DNA of 64,000 nucleotides from Macrostomum lignano (taxonomy: Eukaryota): contig NIVC01003607.1 in the NCBI GenBank assembly GCA_002269645.1, positions 24,311 to 88,310 on the forward strand, written 5' to 3'. The notes under the pieces were generated by a model that saw only the letters and a program-made list of their open reading frames with translations, did not search any database and was not told where the DNA came from. Shown piece after piece: positions 60,001 to 64,000 of the stretch (its first letter is position 1; every line of letters begins with the position of its first letter). Position numbers and translations under genes: made by a program.

Positions 60001-63000
60001 CATGTATTTCCCCCTGAATTTCCCTTCTGCCAGCTTGCGGAGACAGGCGGCTTAGCCCTGTGTGTGTGGGAATTTCACCTCCTGCGTGGGCTGCTGGCTG
60101 AGCTGTGTTTAGATTGTCCTGCCTGCCATATTTGGCAGCCCCGCCCGCCCACTGTCTCTTGGCGATTTTTTGAGTCCCCAGCTGGGCCGACGGCTGGCCA
60201 GGTAGAGAGTTTCACCCAGCCCAGGTGGGCAGCGGGGTCAGTGAATTAATCTGGATTGTAGCTGATCCACTGCTGCTTCTGCCACCTGCGGTTTAATTGT
60301 CCTTTGGCTACTAGATATCTTCCCCAAATCTATTCTCCCCTTGTCTGACACCTTCCCCATATCTATTCTCCCCTGTGTTCAGTATCTTCCCCATATCTAT
60401 TCTCCCCTGTGTTCAGTATCTTCCCCATATCTATTCTCCCCTGTGTTCAGTACCTTCCCCATATCTATTCTCCCCTGTGTTCAGTATCTTCCCCATATCT
60501 ATTCTCCCCTTGTCTGACACCTTCCCCATTTCTATTCTCCCCTGTGTTCAGTACCTTCCCCATATCTATTCTCCCCTCTGTTCAGTATCTTCCCCATATC
60601 TATTCTCCCCTTGTCTGACATCTTCCCCATATCTATTCTCCCCTGTGTCCAGTACCTTCCCCATATCTATTCTCCCCTGTGTTCAGTATCTTCCCCATAT
60701 CTATTCTCCCCTTGCCTGACACCTTCCCCATATCTATTCTCCCCTTGCCTGACACCTTCCCCATATCTATTCTCTCCTTGTCTGACACCTTCCCCATATC
60801 TATTCTCTCCTTGTCTGACACCTTCCCCATATCTATTCTCCCCTTGCCTGACACCTTCCCCATATCTATTCTCTCCTTGTCTGACACCTTCCCCATATCT
60901 ATTCTCTCCTTTTCTGACACCTTCCCCATATCTATTCTCTCCTTGTCTGACACCTTCCCCATATCTATTCTCCCCTTGCCTGACACCTTCCCCATATCTA
61001 TTCTCTCCTTGTCTGACACCTTCCCCATATCTATTCTCTCCTTGTCTGACACCTTCCCCATATCTATTCTCCCCTTGCCTGACACCTTCCCCATATCTAT
61101 TCTCTCCTTGTCTGACACCTTCCCCATATCTAAAATAGAATATCTATTCTCCCCTTGTCTGACACCTTCCCCATATCTATTCTCTCCTTGTCTGACACCT
61201 TCCCATATCTATTCTCTCCTTGTCTGACACCTTCCCCATATCTATTCTCCCCTTGCCTGACACCTTCCCCATATCTATTCTCCCCTTGTCTGACACCTTC
61301 CCCATATCTATTCTCCCCTTGCCTGACACCTTCCCCATATCTATTCTCTCCTTGTCTGACACCTTCCCCATATCTATTCTCTCCTTGTCTGACACCTTCC
61401 CCATATCTATTCTCTCCTTGTCTGACACCTTCCCCATATCTATTCTCTTCTTGTCTGACACCTTCCCCATATCTATTCTCTCCTTTTCTGACACCTTCCC
61501 CATATCTATTCTCTCCTTGTCTGACACCTTCCCCATATCTATTCTCTCCTTTCTGACACCTTCCCCATATCTAAAATAGAATATCTATTCTCCCCTTGTC
61601 TGACACCTTCCCCATATCTATTCTCCCCTTGTCTGACACCTTCCCCATATCTAAAATTCTCTCCCCTTGTCTGACACCTTCCCCATATCTATTCTCCCCT
61701 TGTCTGACACCTTCCCCATATCTATTCTCTCCTTGTCTGACACCTTCCCCATATCTATTCTCCCTTGTCTGACACCTTCCCCATATCTATTCTCTCCTTG
61801 TCTGACACCTTCCCCATATCTATTCTCCCCTTGTCTGACACCTTCCCCATATCTATTCTCTCCTTGTCTGACACCTTCCCCATATCTATTCTCTCCTTGT
61901 CTGACACCTTCCCCATATCTATTCTCCCCTTGTCTGACACCTTCCCCATATCTATTCTCCCTTGCCTGACACCTTCCCCATATCTATTCTCTCCTTGTCT
62001 GACACCTTCCCCATATCTATTCTCTCCTTGTCTGACACCTTCCCCATATCTATTCTCTCCTTTCTGACACCTTCCCCATATCTATTCTCTCCTTGTCTGA
62101 CACCTTCCCCATATCTATTCTCCCCTTGTCTGACACCTTCCCCATATCTAATATCTATTCTCCCTTGTCTGACACCTTCCCCATATCTATTCTCCCCTTG
62201 TCTGACACCTTCCCCATATCTAAAATAGAATATCTATTCTCCCCTTGTCTGACACCTTCCCCATATCTATTCTCCCTTGTCTGACACCTTCCCCATATCT
62301 ATTCTCTCCTTGTCTGACACCTTCCCCATATCTATTCTCTCCTTGTCTGACACCTTCCCCATATCTATTCTCCCCTTGTCTGACACCTTCCCCATATCTA
62401 TTCTCTCCTTGTCTGACACCTTCCCCATATCTAAAATAGACACCTTCCCCATATCTAAAATAGAATATCTATTCTCCCCTTGTCTGACACCTTCCCCATA
62501 TCTGTTCTATCCTGTGTTTAGCATATTCCCATATCTATTCCCCCTGTGTTCTGCATCTTCCTCTTATCTATTCTTCCCATTGCCTGTCCCTTGTCTAGTC
62601 TCAGCTTGGGAGCTGCCTCCACTACCGTGTTTGCCCGATCAGTTCCATTAGGCGCCGTGATCAGGTCAATGGATTTACAAGCAACGGGATTAAGCTTCAC
62701 GAGTCCATCGCATTCCTGGAGCCTGTTTGGGAAGAATTTTCTGCTCTCCAGGAGCTCCGCGGAATTGAAGGAATGTCTGGCGTGTTTGCTTTAGCCTCCA
62801 GACCGAGCTCGTAAATGCAGTCTTTAATTGCCGCCGCTTCAGCTGTTCCAGCTTGCTTTTGAGTGCGCAGATCCCACAGCCGGAACTCAGATCGGTCAGC
62901 TGCGGACTATATCGCAATAACCGATTTTCCGCAGGGTAAAACAGTTGGCCTGACTGTTGCCTCTTCTGCCATGTACCGCACCTTATCCCCCTTCCCTACT

Positions 63001-64000
63001 CACCCGCTCTGTTTCTGTTGTGGCTTTTCCTCTCTCACATTTTCCCATCTCCGCTCCCCATTTATTTACCTTCTCCAATCCATCGCCAATTTTCTATCCA
63101 CCTCTGTCCGCCCCTCTCCGCCCCTCTCCGCTCCCTCTCCGCTCCTTTCCGCCCTCTCCGCTCCCTCTCCGCCCCTCTCGCCTCATGTCCGCCTTCCTAT
63201 TTGCTCCTCTGCTCCCTCTCCGCCCCCTATCCGCCCCTGTCCCTCCTCTCCGCCCCCTCTCCGCTCCTCTACGCCCCCTGTCTGCTCCTCTCCGCCCCTC
63301 TTCGCTCCTCTCGCCCCCTGTCCGCCAACCTCTCCGCTCCTCTCCGCCCCCTGTCCGCTCCTCTCCGCAAACCTCTCCGCCTTTCCGCCACCTCTCCGCC
63401 CCTCTCTTCCCATCCCCGTCTTCCTATCCGCCCCCATCTCCGCGGCTCTCCGCTTCTCTTGTATCTTTTTTCTTGAAGTTGCTCCCAATCCAATGGTTCC
63501 AACAGCTCTGAATAAAGAGCTGCTCTACATATCGGCAGTCAGGCCAGCAATCAATGGCTGTTTCATACCCTCTCGAGCAGCTGCAGAGCCCCAGCCAGAT
63601 GCGGCCAATCAAGCTCCAATTAAATGCCCGCCCCCGCCGCTCCGCCAGCACGGAGATGATGCACCTGCCGTTCCAGGCGGTCGAGGCGGTCACCTGGCCT
63701 ACGTGTCGCCGGTGCTGACGCAGACGAGGATCCGGAAGCTCAGCTGACGCCTTCAGCCGGATGGTGCACGAGCAGTTTATCGGGTCGCGCAGGCTAAAGT
63801 GCCAAGTTGTGTACTTTAACGACGTCAACCAGCCCTGCGTGTACGTGTACACCAGGGAGGGCCAGTCGGAGCCCTGGCGCTGCCTGCAGGACGAACTCGT
63901 AGCTGCCGGGCTCGCGCAGTGGTTCCCGGTGCCGCGGGTGCCACCGCAGATGCGCAGGCGTGACAGTAGGGCTCGGAACTGGGTGTCACTGAGTGCGCGT
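51097..64000 (+). CDS. AKAP1: AKAP1/spoonbill-like KH-domain + Tudor-domain RNA-binding protein (5' end uncertain; last exon frameshifted as assembled)
   Basis: Exons 51097-51694, 52277-52404, 58793-59121, 63649-window end. KH domain: FLIPNKLGGSMVGTRGRNINYIRAKSGA (GxxG) to ALQVIKKRFP. Tudor: FMQQPTHPSFHHLEKMD, WHRA..YLDWGGY..LKQIR|TEMMHLPFQAVE. C-terminal LVAAGLAQW matches the AKAP1 LVxxGLAQW tail. Confidence 0.85.
51734..51915 (+). repeat. Short array, 14-bp unit ttgcactcttcaat (AKAP1 intron 1)
   Basis: Tandem copies ~40 bp after the donor. Confidence 0.92.
52699..53585 (+). repeat. Minisatellite, 43-bp unit gataatagtcccattgtaattttctatacatatcggtagatga (AKAP1 intron 2)
   Basis: Tandem copies with gtaat/gtcat variants. 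Confidence 0.96.
54033..55228 (+). repeat. Minisatellite, 17-bp unit agaatagctgacagtct (AKAP1 intron 2)
   Basis: Tandem copies with a two-state a/g variant. Confidence 0.97.
55900..56069 (-). mobile_element. tRNA-like SINE head, second family
   Basis: The minus strand reads ggggcggagcagttcagcggtaa (A-box-like) ... gggttcgattcc (B box). No intact cloverleaf. The extent of the body is uncertain. Confidence 0.45.
56870..57442 (+). repeat. Minisatellite, 35-bp unit gtctgtctgcacaggtgaatgtgggtgaagaatgg (AKAP1 intron 2)
   Basis: Tandem copies. Confidence 0.95.
58410..58726 (+). repeat. Minisatellite, 20-bp unit cactggtcacttggttgggt (AKAP1 intron 2, near acceptor)
   Basis: Tandem copies. Confidence 0.92.
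59145..59845 (+). repeat. Minisatellite, 19-bp unit ccagctggaatccccattc (AKAP1 intron 3)
   Basis: Tandem copies starting ~25 bp after the donor. Confidence 0.94.
60318..62492 (+). repeat. Minisatellite, 33-bp unit tctgacaccttccccatatctattctccccttg (AKAP1 intron 3)
   Basis: About 2.2 kb of tandem copies. Confidence 0.96.
63100..63430 (+). repeat. Degenerate ccgcccctct low-complexity repeat
   Basis: Pyrimidine-rich imperfect ~10-bp periodicity. Confidence 0.75.

Noticed and set aside
62863-63747. 294-aa Pro/Ser-rich ORF
   Set aside because: It is mostly the ccgcccctct low-complexity tract; only its last few codons overlap the shifted AKAP1 exon.

Overview
Eukaryotic (animal) genomic DNA with GT-AG spliced genes. 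The style (GC-rich exons, minisatellite-filled introns, ZFP-1-like zinc finger) suggests a free-living flatworm such as Macrostomum; this is inference, not proven. Six protein-coding genes can be built by hand: a 7-exon P2X receptor (+), a 2-exon NPY/NPF-receptor-like GPCR (+), a 2-exon C2H2 zinc-finger factor (+), a 7-exon ERp72/PDIA4-like PDI with only one intact CGHC (-), a 4-exon PNPO (+) and an AKAP1-like KH+Tudor gene (+, running to the window end, with apparent frameshifts in its last exon). About 30 different tandem arrays (units 4-45 bp) fill most introns and spacers of the GC-rich parts and account for almost all long ORFs in the six-frame track. Three sharply AT-rich, array-free domains (1-3400, ~41540-45300, ~47950-51100) contain the 5' ends of four genes, and codon third-position GC steps up inside those genes. 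Mobile DNA: a decayed Copia element with LTR and half-tRNA PBS; three hAT-type non-autonomous elements with exact 8-bp TSDs (a 44-bp one, a 1.9-kb one carrying a minisatellite, and a 263-bp one inside the Copia); a probable older MITE; and tRNA-derived SINEs. No CRISPR, rRNA or convincing functional tRNA.
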